A stretch of DNA of 64,000 nucleotides from a virus. A model generated the notes under the pieces. The model was not told where the DNA came from and did not search any database. It was given only the letters and a program-made list of their open reading frames with translations. The number at the start of each line of letters is the position of its first letter. The first letter of the stretch is position 1. Positions 38,791 to 46,649 of the stretch are shown piece by piece. The position numbers and the translations under genes were made by a program. Location of the stretch: positions 4,614 to 68,613 of IMG/VR virus record IMGVR_UViG_3300015371_000024, one strand, 5' to 3'.

Positions 38791-39270
38791 ATGACACGCT
38801 TTATCGCTAACGCACAACGGGACATTTACACCTGGCACAATGATGTCCGAACGTTCGCGCCGTTCTCAGGTCTCGGAGATGCCACCTTCGACGCGGTCGT
38901 ATCGCGCGCACTTTCGGCGGAAATTGTCCGGTCCGAGCTCGCGTCCGAGACAGACTTTCCGATCCCGCCAGCGCCAGGCGCACGCGTGCGGTTGCGCTCG
39001 GACGTCGAACGTGGCAACGGTTGGATCATTCCGAAAGGATCCGCCGGGACGGTGGTCATCTCGGAAGCGGATGAGACGTCGCAATTGATCAGTGTCAGGA
39101 TGGACGAACACTTCCCCGCACTCGATTCGTGGGATAACGAATTGTACTGGATTGGAGAGGATCATTTCGAAGGTGGCGAGAACGTCGGACTGTATGCTGC
39201 CGTGCCTTTTTGGAACGACTGTGCGCTCATGGTCTCGGACGTCAACGCATTCGAACATCGGAGCGCCTAA
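38791..39270 (+). CDS. Early hypothetical protein (SH3-like middle region)
   Basis: Preceded by start-associated repeat; PGARVRL...IPKG..GTVV...VRMD. Confidence 0.75.
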   Translation: MTRFIANAQRDIYTWHNDVRTFAPFSGLGDATFDAVVSRALSAEIVRSELASETDFPIPPAPGARVRLRSDVERGNGWIIPKGSAGTVVISEADETSQLISVRMDEHFPALDSWDNELYWIGEDHFEGGENVGLYAAVPFWNDCALMVSDVNAFEHRSA

Positions 39271-39271
39271 C

Positions 39272-39512
39272 ATGGCACGTCCAACCGCAACCGGTCAGCG
39301 CGTCCGCCTGACCGGCCAGCATCTCCGGAATACCGGCCAGCTGACCGGCCACGATTCGCGCGCAACGTGGCGCGTAGTCGCGCTCGAGAATTGGACGGGC
39401 GCCGTGATGGGTCGTAGTGGACGAACCATCGCCAACGGATCCGACACGCAATCGGCGCATCAATGCGGCGAACCTGTACGTTGTCGGGACTCTTGACCAT
39501 AGGAACGCCTAA
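39272..39512 (+). pseudogene. Small early gene, probably frameshifted near 39400
   Basis: GQRVRLTG..LRNTGQ N-terminus; alternative frame WVVVDEP...RRINAANLYVVG ends at TAA just before next ATG. Confidence 0.45.
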
Positions 39513-39514
39513 CC

Positions 39515-39754
39515 ATGCCCGCGAACATGCCGAAAGCCACAGAGTCACGCCGTCGCTTCGAAATGTGGGCGCTCGGCCTCGTCCGATCGATGGGCGCAAC
39601 GGGTGCGGTCGCATACGCTCGCACGATGGCGGAGTTGGATCCTGAGCCGCAATTGTGGAATCGCGCCGCCACCTACATCGCCTGTCTGTACCTCGGAAAA
39701 GTGTCGAGCTCACGCAACAGATGTCAGGAAACATCGCGCGCACTTGCGCGATAA
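39515..39754 (+). CDS. Early hypothetical protein
   Basis: 79 aa, AGGA RBS. Confidence 0.6.
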   Translation: MPANMPKATESRRRFEMWALGLVRSMGATGAVAYARTMAELDPEPQLWNRAATYIACLYLGKVSSSRNRCQETSRALAR

Positions 39755-39791
39755 ATCACCGGTCGATAAATAGCAGTACGCAACGCAGTTA
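39722..39791 (+). promoter_or_regulatory. Early promoter block copy 3
   Basis: TGTCAGGAA-N13-TTGCGCGATAAA-N11-TAAATAG-N4-ACGCAACGCAGTTA. Confidence 0.8.
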
Positions 39792-39825
39792 GCAGTTAAC
39801 AAACCTCTCGCCAAGGTTACCAGCC

Positions 39826-40131
39826 ATGACTAGCCAGACCCGCCTAATAGCCGCTCGCATCGCCGTTCGCGCCGCCGCGCGTGGGTTTGTTGCCGGCAAC
39901 GTCAACGCGTCCGAGCTCCGGACCGCGACCGCTCGCGCACTGCGCGCTGCCGAGACGATCGTACTGGATCGTCAGGCGCTCCGGGACGCGCGGCGCATGG
40001 TCGATAAGTCTCGCATTGATCGGATCCTGAACGGGCGCGGCGACCTGTGGAACGGATCGGACCGCGCGTTCCAATTCGACATGTTGAACATGGCCGCGCG
40101 CCTCCGCCGTGCCGTCACTTTCTGCGGGTAA
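39826..40131 (+). CDS. Early hypothetical Arg/Ala-rich protein
   Basis: Preceded by start-associated repeat. Confidence 0.75.
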   Translation: MTSQTRLIAARIAVRAAARGFVAGNVNASELRTATARALRAAETIVLDRQALRDARRMVDKSRIDRILNGRGDLWNGSDRAFQFDMLNMAARLRRAVTFCG

Positions 40132-40137
40132 GCCGCC

Positions 40138-40233
40138 ATGTCTCGCGAGCGTCTCATTCTGTGGATGCTGCGGGTGCTGACACTCGCGATCTCGCTTCCG
40201 CTGATTTACCTGAACGAATTGCACCGTCACTAA
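40138..40233 (+). CDS. 31-aa single-TM peptide MSRERLILWMLRVLTLAISLPLIYLNELHRH
   Basis: Fills the gap between genes; hydrophobic core. Confidence 0.5.
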   Translation: MSRERLILWMLRVLTLAISLPLIYLNELHRH

Positions 40234-40246
40234 GAGGATCCAAGCC

Positions 40247-40441
40247 ATGACACACGCATTGCTCGCGGGCGCCACTCGCCAGACCATCGGTTCCCTGCTC
40301 GTCATCACCGCACCGTCCGGCCTTGTCGCAATGGACACGAAAGGCCGCGAGCCCGAGCTCACAACGCCCTCGGGGAAGGCGCTCGAGGCAATGGATCTGT
40401 ACCCGTCGCGGTCTCGAATCGATGGGGCGGATATGTCCTGA
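40247..40441 (+). CDS. Early hypothetical protein (possibly frameshifted, continuing to 40628)
   Basis: GAGGA RBS; startless protein-like frame continues downstream. Confidence 0.5.
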   Translation: MTHALLAGATRQTIGSLLVITAPSGLVAMDTKGREPELTTPSGKALEAMDLYPSRSRIDGADMS

Positions 40442-40596
40442 CGCCGGAAGGGATCGCGAACAAGACCGCGCGACCTGACACCAGCTGGAGCTATCACTGG
40501 TGTTGGGACGCGATGGTCGTTCGCTGCGCCGAGAATCCGAGCGAGTTTACGCGCGAAGATGAGACACTCGAGACCTGTGGCGCCGAGGCCACAACT

Positions 40597-40667
40597 TGTC
40601 AGGAAACGCCCCTGACGCTTGTGCGGTAAAGTCCTGAGTGTTAAGTAGTATCACGCAACGCAGTTAA
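40597..40667 (+). promoter_or_regulatory. Early promoter block copy 4
   Basis: TGTCAGGAA-N13-TTGTGCGGTAAA-N11-TAAGTAG-N4-ACGCAACGCAGTTAA. Confidence 0.8.
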
Positions 40668-40693
40668 GTAAACCTCTCGCCAAGGTGCCAGCC

Positions 40694-41032
40694 ATGAAAC
40701 GCCCTCGTCTCGCAATCGACCAACCGGTGATCGTCCGCCCGTTCGGGAATCTCTCGGACCGCCGCGGCGTGGTCGTGGGATACAAGCCTGGTCGTCGCGC
40801 GGCGGCGAGTGGCCGGATGATTCTCCTGTATGTCGTGAAGCTGGAGAATGGCACCGTCGGCCAGTACCGCCGTCCCGAGCTCAAGGCCGTGACACCCGAG
40901 ACGCCCGAGCCGACGCCGTCGCACTACTGCGCGAACCCGTTCTGCACGTACAAGCGTCCCGTGCACCGTGCCGGCGAATTCTGCACGCCCGCGTGCGCTC
41001 GCGAGCGCTACGGCGAAGACTTCCGCGACTGA
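40694..41032 (+). CDS. SH3/KOW-like plus Cys-rich zinc-binding protein
   Basis: V.V.......RGVVVG...YVVKL; CANPFC...FCTPAC. Confidence 0.7.
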   Translation: MKRPRLAIDQPVIVRPFGNLSDRRGVVVGYKPGRRAAASGRMILLYVVKLENGTVGQYRRPELKAVTPETPEPTPSHYCANPFCTYKRPVHRAGEFCTPACARERYGEDFRD

Positions 41033-41044
41033 GGATCCCGAATC

Positions 41045-41296
41045 ATGGCAACTTTCCCCGTGTTCGCGTCTCACGCCGAGGCTCGGTGCTGCGTGTGTGA
41101 CGGACCGCTCACGCAGCACCATGACGCAGGGTATGCCCCGGGCCGCGGGCAATTCCGCGGACTCTGCGACCGTGGAGCAATGGAGCATCACTCCTGGACG
41201 TATTACGACCTTGACAGGGGCTACGCGAGCAATCGCGCGCGGACCGATTCGGAAGGCGCCTATCGCGCGTGCCGATACTTCTCGGAGAGAGACTAA
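41045..41296 (+). CDS. Small Cys-rich protein
   Basis: CCVC...LC; GAGGA RBS. Confidence 0.65.
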   Translation: MATFPVFASHAEARCCVCDGPLTQHHDAGYAPGRGQFRGLCDRGAMEHHSWTYYDLDRGYASNRARTDSEGAYRACRYFSERD

Positions 41297-41299
41297 CCG

Positions 41300-41524
41300 A
41301 TGCCGTTCACGCCAATCGTTCACAAGGCCGAAGGGCTCGCCCGCAACTGCACGGCGTGGGATCTGTTCACCGTCACCGGTGGACTGCAGTGCGGTAACTG
41401 TCTCGCGCACAACGTCCCGACGATTACGACGTGCCGCGAGCGGGCGAGCGATGGACCGTGTCCGCTGCCGCCCGATGGCGACGATGGTCTGTGCTGGATC
41501 CATCGTCTGCAAGCCAACCGCTAA
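41300..41524 (+). CDS. Small Cys-rich protein
   Basis: CGNC, C..GPC...LCWIH. Confidence 0.6.
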   Translation: MPFTPIVHKAEGLARNCTAWDLFTVTGGLQCGNCLAHNVPTITTCRERASDGPCPLPPDGDDGLCWIHRLQANR

Positions 41525-41540
41525 CCGGAGTTACACAGCC

Positions 41541-41897
41541 ATGCCACGCATTGAGACCGAAGACGGGCGCACCGTCGAGGCGCCTGTCATTCACCTGAAC
41601 GGATCGCATCCGGACAGGCTCGAGGAAGACTTCACCGAGATCCGCCACGCGCTGATCGCAGCATTCGACAAGCTCGCAACCTCCGGCCCGAATCAACGCG
41701 ACTACTACGTGCTGGCACCGGAGGCCGAGGCGCGGCGGGCGTGGGAGGCCGCGGTCGCCGAGCACCGCGCGCGGCTGGACACGCTCAACAAGCTGATCGC
41801 GGACTTTGAAGCGCTGCAGCGTCACGCCTCGGACGCAGCCGAGCGCCGCCGCCAGTCCATCATACCGTCACGCGCCATGCTGGAGATCGTGAAATGA
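41541..41897 (+). CDS. Hypothetical protein
   Basis: GGAG RBS; P.IHLNG ... PN.RDYY pattern. Confidence 0.75.
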   Translation: MPRIETEDGRTVEAPVIHLNGSHPDRLEEDFTEIRHALIAAFDKLATSGPNQRDYYVLAPEAEARRAWEAAVAEHRARLDTLNKLIADFEALQRHASDAAERRRQSIIPSRAMLEIVK

Positions 41898-42091
41898 GAT
41901 GCCACAGCCATGACCACGCCATCAGCCAGGCGCGAGCGAACGCGAAGACGTTCGGGGAAGCGTACATCGTCTTCACGGACACCAATGGTGTGTGGAATTG
42001 CGAGCGCGATAGGCCGCAGTCACCGACACCGCACGAACGCTATGCACCTGACGGAACGATGACACGCTACTCGCCGAAGGTGACACCGTGA
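41894..42091 (+). CDS. Hypothetical protein
   Basis: 65 aa, overlaps neighbours. Confidence 0.6.
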   Translation: MRCHSHDHAISQARANAKTFGEAYIVFTDTNGVWNCERDRPQSPTPHERYAPDGTMTRYSPKVTP

Positions 42092-42717
42092 CCGCTCCGC
42101 TCAGTAATCTCCCGCCTCGGCGCACGGGGCCGCGCGCACCGTACCGAATGGATCCGCAGCGGCAACGAGTCTACGACGCCGAGCGCGCGGCGTTCCTGCC
42201 AATGCCAGGCGCTCGAGACGGCCACCGATTCGTGGTCGAGCTCCCCGAGCTCGCGGATCTACAGCGGTTCTTGGACTTCGTCCGGACGTCTCGCTGGTTC
42301 CGTCGCACGTTCGGGAATCAGTATTACGACATGCGGGCGCAGGACGGGCGCGGGCAGATCCATTCCGCAGCCAATGCGGGCCACCGGACGGTCTCGGTGA
42401 AGCGTGCGTACCGGTGTCGGTGGATCGTGTTGCACGAGGTCGCGCATGTGCTGACGCCGGCGGGATGCCAGAAGCACGGACCCGAGTACGTGAAGATCTA
42501 CCTGCAGCTGGTGCGGCACTACTTGGGGCGCGCGGCATGGCGCGCACTCTACGACCAGTGCAAACTGCATCGCGTGAAGATGCAGACGCGGAAACGGGCG
42601 CGGCGACCGCTTACACCCGAGCAGCGCGCGGTATTGATCGATCGGCTACGTGAGGCTCGAGAACGGAAGCAGGAGCGCGACCAACACATCGCCTACTTGG
42701 AGGGACAAGCGCCATGA
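42088..42717 (+). CDS. HEXXH zinc metalloprotease-like protein (SprT/TIGR04338-like)
   Basis: D.QR.RVY.AE; VLHEVAH; HGPEY. Confidence 0.85.
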   Translation: MTAPLSNLPPRRTGPRAPYRMDPQRQRVYDAERAAFLPMPGARDGHRFVVELPELADLQRFLDFVRTSRWFRRTFGNQYYDMRAQDGRGQIHSAANAGHRTVSVKRAYRCRWIVLHEVAHVLTPAGCQKHGPEYVKIYLQLVRHYLGRAAWRALYDQCKLHRVKMQTRKRARRPLTPEQRAVLIDRLREARERKQERDQHIAYLEGQAP

Positions 42718-43262
42718 CGGACGAGAAGGATCCAGAGACGACGGTCACGATTCCGACGAAGAGCGAGAGCGTGACGAAGAGCACGATTCGCATTGACGGG
42801 AAAGAGTACGTGCTCCCGCCGCATGTGCTCCGCCTCGACGTGGGCGCCATGATCGATATTCCATCCTGTGGTCTATCGGTCCGCGCGGTCAAGCCGCTCA
42901 CGGTCGAGCAGCGCGCCGGCGAAGCGCTCGCATTCTTGGCTCGGACGCTTCGCATGGAGACCGAGGCCGGGATCGACGCCACGACCGAAGACGAGATCAA
43001 ACGGTTCGGCGGGGGGAAGGCGGGCGCTCGGGAATGTTACGCGAACCTCTTGGCGCTCCGGGACTGGATGACGCTCTTTTACGGTGACGTCGCCGAGCAC
43101 TTCCTGTGCGGCAAGCACCAAGATATCGCGCGCGTGCAGTCGGAGCTCGGCTACCAGTACATGGTCGATAACAACGCCGACGAGCGCGAATCGCTGGCTC
43201 AGGCGTTCTTGAGCGTGTTCGGCCAGTCGGGCTCACCCGCGACCGCGAACCTTGAGTCCTAG
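42714..43262 (+). CDS. Hypothetical protein
   Basis: 182 aa, ATGA overlap, GGAGG RBS. Confidence 0.75.
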   Translation: MTDEKDPETTVTIPTKSESVTKSTIRIDGKEYVLPPHVLRLDVGAMIDIPSCGLSVRAVKPLTVEQRAGEALAFLARTLRMETEAGIDATTEDEIKRFGGGKAGARECYANLLALRDWMTLFYGDVAEHFLCGKHQDIARVQSELGYQYMVDNNADERESLAQAFLSVFGQSGSPATANLES

Positions 43263-43265
43263 AGA

Positions 43266-43307
43266 TGCAGCAACCCCGTAGGGGTGTCGGTCCCTACGGG
43301 GTCTGCA
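43266..43307. terminator. Strong hairpin, possibly bidirectional terminator
   Basis: TGCAG..ACCCCGTAGGG/CCCTACGGGGT.CTGCA; no clear U-tract on either side. Confidence 0.6.
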
Positions 43308-43516
43308 GTCTGGTGCTTTGGCGTCTTACGTCACTGCTGCAGCAGCAACTGCGCGTTCGGATGAGTGGTAGAAGCCTGGTCAGGATATCCTGACCGCCTC
43401 CGGCGACCTTGATTGTCGAGAGCCGAGCCTATGCTCGGGATCGACCGATGACGGAGTAGGCCGCATCTCCGCCGACTTGCGCGATGGAAAAAGTCTCGGA
43501 ATTGAATGTACCAGGC
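43266..43516 (-). ncRNA. Candidate structured ncRNA on the strand opposite the early genes
   Basis: Leftward TTGACA-N18-CATACT promoter, five to six consecutive hairpins, terminal strong hairpin, no credible ORF. Confidence 0.45.
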
Positions 43517-43522
43517 GGGCGC

Positions 43523-43552
43523 AGTATGGTCTGAGCACTTTGGTCTTGTCAA
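43523..43552 (-). promoter_or_regulatory. Sigma70-type promoter TTGACA-N18-CATACT facing left
   Basis: Perfect -35 at 43547-43552, -10 at 43523-43528. Confidence 0.65.
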
Positions 43553-43576
43553 CACGCACCATTACAGGGAGCCACC

Positions 43577-43885
43577 GTGAAAAAGACGAAGACGACAGTA
43601 CGCGAAGACGAGTGGACACGGCGCATCCGCGAATGCAGCGAAGCGCAGCCGCCTCTCATGGAGCCAAACATGAAAGCACCAGTGTACCGCGAGTATGTGC
43701 ACCACGTCCGGACCGAGCGCGGCGTGTCCACGTATCAGATCAAGACCGGCGGCAGTAAGCACGCCGAGGTCTTAGCGACGGTCGTGGTCGAGAGCCACCG
43801 TCCCTACTGCGTGACGTGCAGTTCGCGCGACTGCAAGCACGCGAACAAGATCCTGGATCGCATCACCGGAGTGAACCGTGTCTGA
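43577..43885 (+). CDS. SWIM-like zinc finger protein
   Basis: YCVTC....CKH. Confidence 0.65.
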   Translation: MKKTKTTVREDEWTRRIRECSEAQPPLMEPNMKAPVYREYVHHVRTERGVSTYQIKTGGSKHAEVLATVVVESHRPYCVTCSSRDCKHANKILDRITGVNRV

Positions 43886-44306
43886 TAACTCTCCGCGCAT
43901 GGTCACGCGCGACTCCGCCAAGCCAGCATCATTTCCGGAAGGCTCAAGGTTCGCCCCGAGCTATCGCGTCGGATCCAAGACGGGCGCCGATCGCTGCCTC
44001 ATCCACGACAACGACTTCGTCACGGACACGGATCCGGACGATGCCGCCAAGCTGGCATTCGATGAGCTCAAGCGGACCGAGATGTACGGACTCTTTTGGG
44101 ATGGGAAGGTGGTCATCATCCCGAGGACGGGTGTCCGCTGCGTGCACGGCGCCGTCGGCCCGATCGCGGTCCTGTTCATCTCGGGTCCAGGCTTCGACCG
44201 CGTGCAGGAGTCCGAGCGCGAGGTGTACGCCGCGATCGAGTCCGTGATCAATGAGTCGCGAACGCTTCCGCCGCGGCTGACCGAGAACGACGTGGACGAA
44301 GCATAA
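43878..44306 (+). CDS. Hypothetical protein
   Basis: 142 aa, GGAG RBS. Confidence 0.7.
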   Translation: MSDNSPRMVTRDSAKPASFPEGSRFAPSYRVGSKTGADRCLIHDNDFVTDTDPDDAAKLAFDELKRTEMYGLFWDGKVVIIPRTGVRCVHGAVGPIAVLFISGPGFDRVQESEREVYAAIESVINESRTLPPRLTENDVDEA

Positions 44307-44315
44307 AGTCGCTAC

Positions 44316-44344
44316 TTGATCGCGCAACTGTCACGCAGTACATT
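44316..44344 (+). promoter_or_regulatory. Sigma70-type promoter TTGATC-N17-TACATT
   Basis: Intergenic, upstream of HTH regulator. Confidence 0.55.
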
Positions 44345-44374
44345 CTGCATCGTCACCTTTTAGCCACTCAGCCA

Positions 44375-44776
44375 ATGACACGCACGAAGTCGAACATGGG
44401 GAGAAAGAAAGGCACGCGGGCCGCGGCGCCGCGCGCCAAGCGCACGCTGACCGATGTCCAGCGATTGCGCGAGCACATCCTGCTGGAGCTCGGACTCGAG
44501 AAGGGCGAGATCGCCGAGGCGCTCGGGACCACGCGTCAGACCGTGTGCAACATCTTCCTCGATGAGCACCGGTCCGAGTTGGAAGACGCGGTCATTGAGT
44601 ACCTGCGCGACAAGTACGATGCGGCGCCGATCGTCGTCCGTGATCGTATCCTGGTCCTGGTCGAGAGCTACATGCCGCGCGATTGGGACTTGCGACTCAC
44701 AACCACAATCAGCGCCGAGACGCTCGGGTGGTCGAAGCGGTCGAGTCCCGAGCACCAGCCACAGCCACAGATGTGA
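44375..44776 (+). CDS. Cro/C1-type HTH transcriptional regulator
   Basis: LGL...EIAEALGTTRQTVCNI. Confidence 0.8.
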   Translation: MTRTKSNMGRKKGTRAAAPRAKRTLTDVQRLREHILLELGLEKGEIAEALGTTRQTVCNIFLDEHRSELEDAVIEYLRDKYDAAPIVVRDRILVLVESYMPRDWDLRLTTTISAETLGWSKRSSPEHQPQPQM

Positions 44777-44921
44777 GAGCGGCGCGTACAGGGGGAGCCA
44801 CCCGCCTGTCGCGCCGTCTCGGAAAGTCACCGTCTACTGAAGTGTCAGCCATGACACGAAGAATGGGGCGGACGCCTCCGCAGCCATTCCGATAGCCAAA
44901 CCTACTGAGGGAGCCACGCCA

Positions 44922-45245
44922 ATGTCAACACGTATGCCGCAGTTGCCGCCGAACGCCGACATGGGGAAAGCCGTCAAGATCAAGCAGCTGCTGAAAGACC
45001 GCGAGCAGTTGATCGAGGAAGAGAACACGCACACTTGGCTCGACGCACCCAAGGCCATGACGGCACTCCCGGACGGGACCGTGGTCGTGATCATGGAGTC
45101 GGGCCGGTCGTGGCGGTCGAACGGCGATCGCTGGCATCGCCACACCTGGGCGCCGCTCCCGGACTCGCCCGCGGACGAGACGTTCCAGCAGAGACAGGCG
45201 CTCACGCGCGATCTCAAGGCCCTCGGACACCAGGAGGAAGACTAA
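44922..45245 (+). CDS. Hypothetical protein
   Basis: GGGAG RBS, 107 aa. Confidence 0.75.
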   Translation: MSTRMPQLPPNADMGKAVKIKQLLKDREQLIEEENTHTWLDAPKAMTALPDGTVVVIMESGRSWRSNGDRWHRHTWAPLPDSPADETFQQRQALTRDLKALGHQEED

Positions 45246-45289
45246 GGACGGATCCGAACGAGGAAGTCTCCCACAACCAGAGAGGACAG

Positions 45290-46210
45290 ATGCGGTTCAA
45301 GCTACTCGCAGGACTGGCGGCGCTCGCTGTGATGGCGTGCTCGAGTGATCCGGTGGCGCCGACGGTCACGCCGGTCGAACAGCCACAGCCGAGCCAAGGG
45401 ATGGTGGTCGTCGCTTCGCAGAAGATCAATCAGATCCAGCGACCGAACATGGAGATCTACACCGACGTGATGGTCCCGAACACGTCGGTCGTGCCAGACA
45501 ACACGTCGCCGGCGACGGCGTGCGACATCATGCGGAAGTCCGTGCTCGCGAACACGGTCTCGGACCAGAAGCAGAAGATGGTGTACGACGACTACAACGT
45601 GCTGCAGACCAATCCGGTCCGCTATTACAACGGGTTGGTCGTGACCGGTCGCCTCCGGATCGAGTTTCGGGGCTATGTCGGCTACTACAGCGGCCAGCCG
45701 ATCCAATGCGTGCGGGTGGAGAAGGTCTCCTTCGAACGCGCGCGGTACTATCCGATCAAGCCATTCCAGCCAGCGGATCCGCCGACGCGGACGTGGATCG
45801 GGCCACAGGCCAACAATTGGGGATTCTGTCTCGGAGTCGCCTGTAATGGCGCTGGTGCCAACTTGCACGTCCAGGTCGAAGCGCGGTGGAATCGCTACTG
45901 CGAGATGGACATCTCCGTGTCCAACTGCTCGCAGACGATCTACCTCGGGAATCTTGTCTGGGAGCTACCGGCGGGCGGCTACATGGACACCGGCCAGTGG
46001 GACGTGGAGGTGCGCGCGAACGGGTACTGGACGGCGTGGAATTACGGGGGCAATCCGCTCAACGGGATCGGTCCCGACGCACAGATGTTCGGATACTGGC
46101 AATGGGGTCCGAGTCGGTATTACCTCATCGGTGCGTGGGGGATCAGCACGCACGCGGACTTCAAGGCGTATGACGACGGTATCGCGAGTTGGAGATGTTG
46201 CGGTCTCTAG
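45290..46210 (+). CDS. Lipoprotein (possible superinfection exclusion / surface protein)
   Basis: Signal peptide II MRFKLLAGLAALAVMA-C; aromatic beta-rich Cys-containing body. Confidence 0.8.
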   Translation: MRFKLLAGLAALAVMACSSDPVAPTVTPVEQPQPSQGMVVVASQKINQIQRPNMEIYTDVMVPNTSVVPDNTSPATACDIMRKSVLANTVSDQKQKMVYDDYNVLQTNPVRYYNGLVVTGRLRIEFRGYVGYYSGQPIQCVRVEKVSFERARYYPIKPFQPADPPTRTWIGPQANNWGFCLGVACNGAGANLHVQVEARWNRYCEMDISVSNCSQTIYLGNLVWELPAGGYMDTGQWDVEVRANGYWTAWNYGGNPLNGIGPDAQMFGYWQWGPSRYYLIGAWGISTHADFKAYDDGIASWRCCGL

Positions 46211-46222
46211 AGGATCCGATCA

Positions 46223-46579
46223 ATGACGCATCCGCCGATTGATTTCGACCAGCTGGAGATCGATCCCGATCGGCTCACGCGGTCGCTCGTTCTCCAGGTC
46301 ACGCCGATGGAACACGTAGACCTGGAGACGGGCGAGCTCATCGCCATGAAGGGGTGTTACTACGTGACGCCCGTGAGCGACGAGGCACGGAAGCACGGGA
46401 TCGAGAACTACGCGGTCGATCTCTACTCGCCGGACGTGCCGCGATGTACGTGCGGGGATCACACCTTCCGGCAGGTGATTTGTAAGCACATGCTCGCGTG
46501 TCTCCTGTACGAGAGCCAGTCCAAGGTCGTGGCGGCGCTCGCCGCCGAGATCCGGTCGCTTGCTCCCAAGCCCGACTAG
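46223..46579 (+). CDS. SWIM zinc finger protein
   Basis: Y.VDL....CTC.D......CKH. Confidence 0.85.
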   Translation: MTHPPIDFDQLEIDPDRLTRSLVLQVTPMEHVDLETGELIAMKGCYYVTPVSDEARKHGIENYAVDLYSPDVPRCTCGDHTFRQVICKHMLACLLYESQSKVVAALAAEIRSLAPKPD

Positions 46580-46649
46580 CGACTGTCACCATTACACGCT
46601 ATTCTGTCCGTCCCAACCGAACGTACCTTCACTCGCCACGGAGGAAGCC

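Larger units (their letters stand above)
36549..42082 (+). repeat. Start-associated repeat WAACCT(A)CTCGCCA(A)AGGTG, 8 dispersed copies
   Basis: Copies at 36549, 37064, 37484, 38410, 38765, 39801, 40670 and 42067 (partial), each 5-7 nt before a start codon. Confidence 0.93.

Noticed and set aside
36500-40700. Early-region repeats as a CRISPR array
   Set aside because: Repeats are separated by whole genes of variable length, not 30-40 bp spacers; no cas genes.
43331-43619. Minus-strand ORFs 43331..43555 and 43380..43619 as proteins
   Set aside because: Their starts lie at or upstream of the leftward promoter, with no RBS and no protein-like composition.
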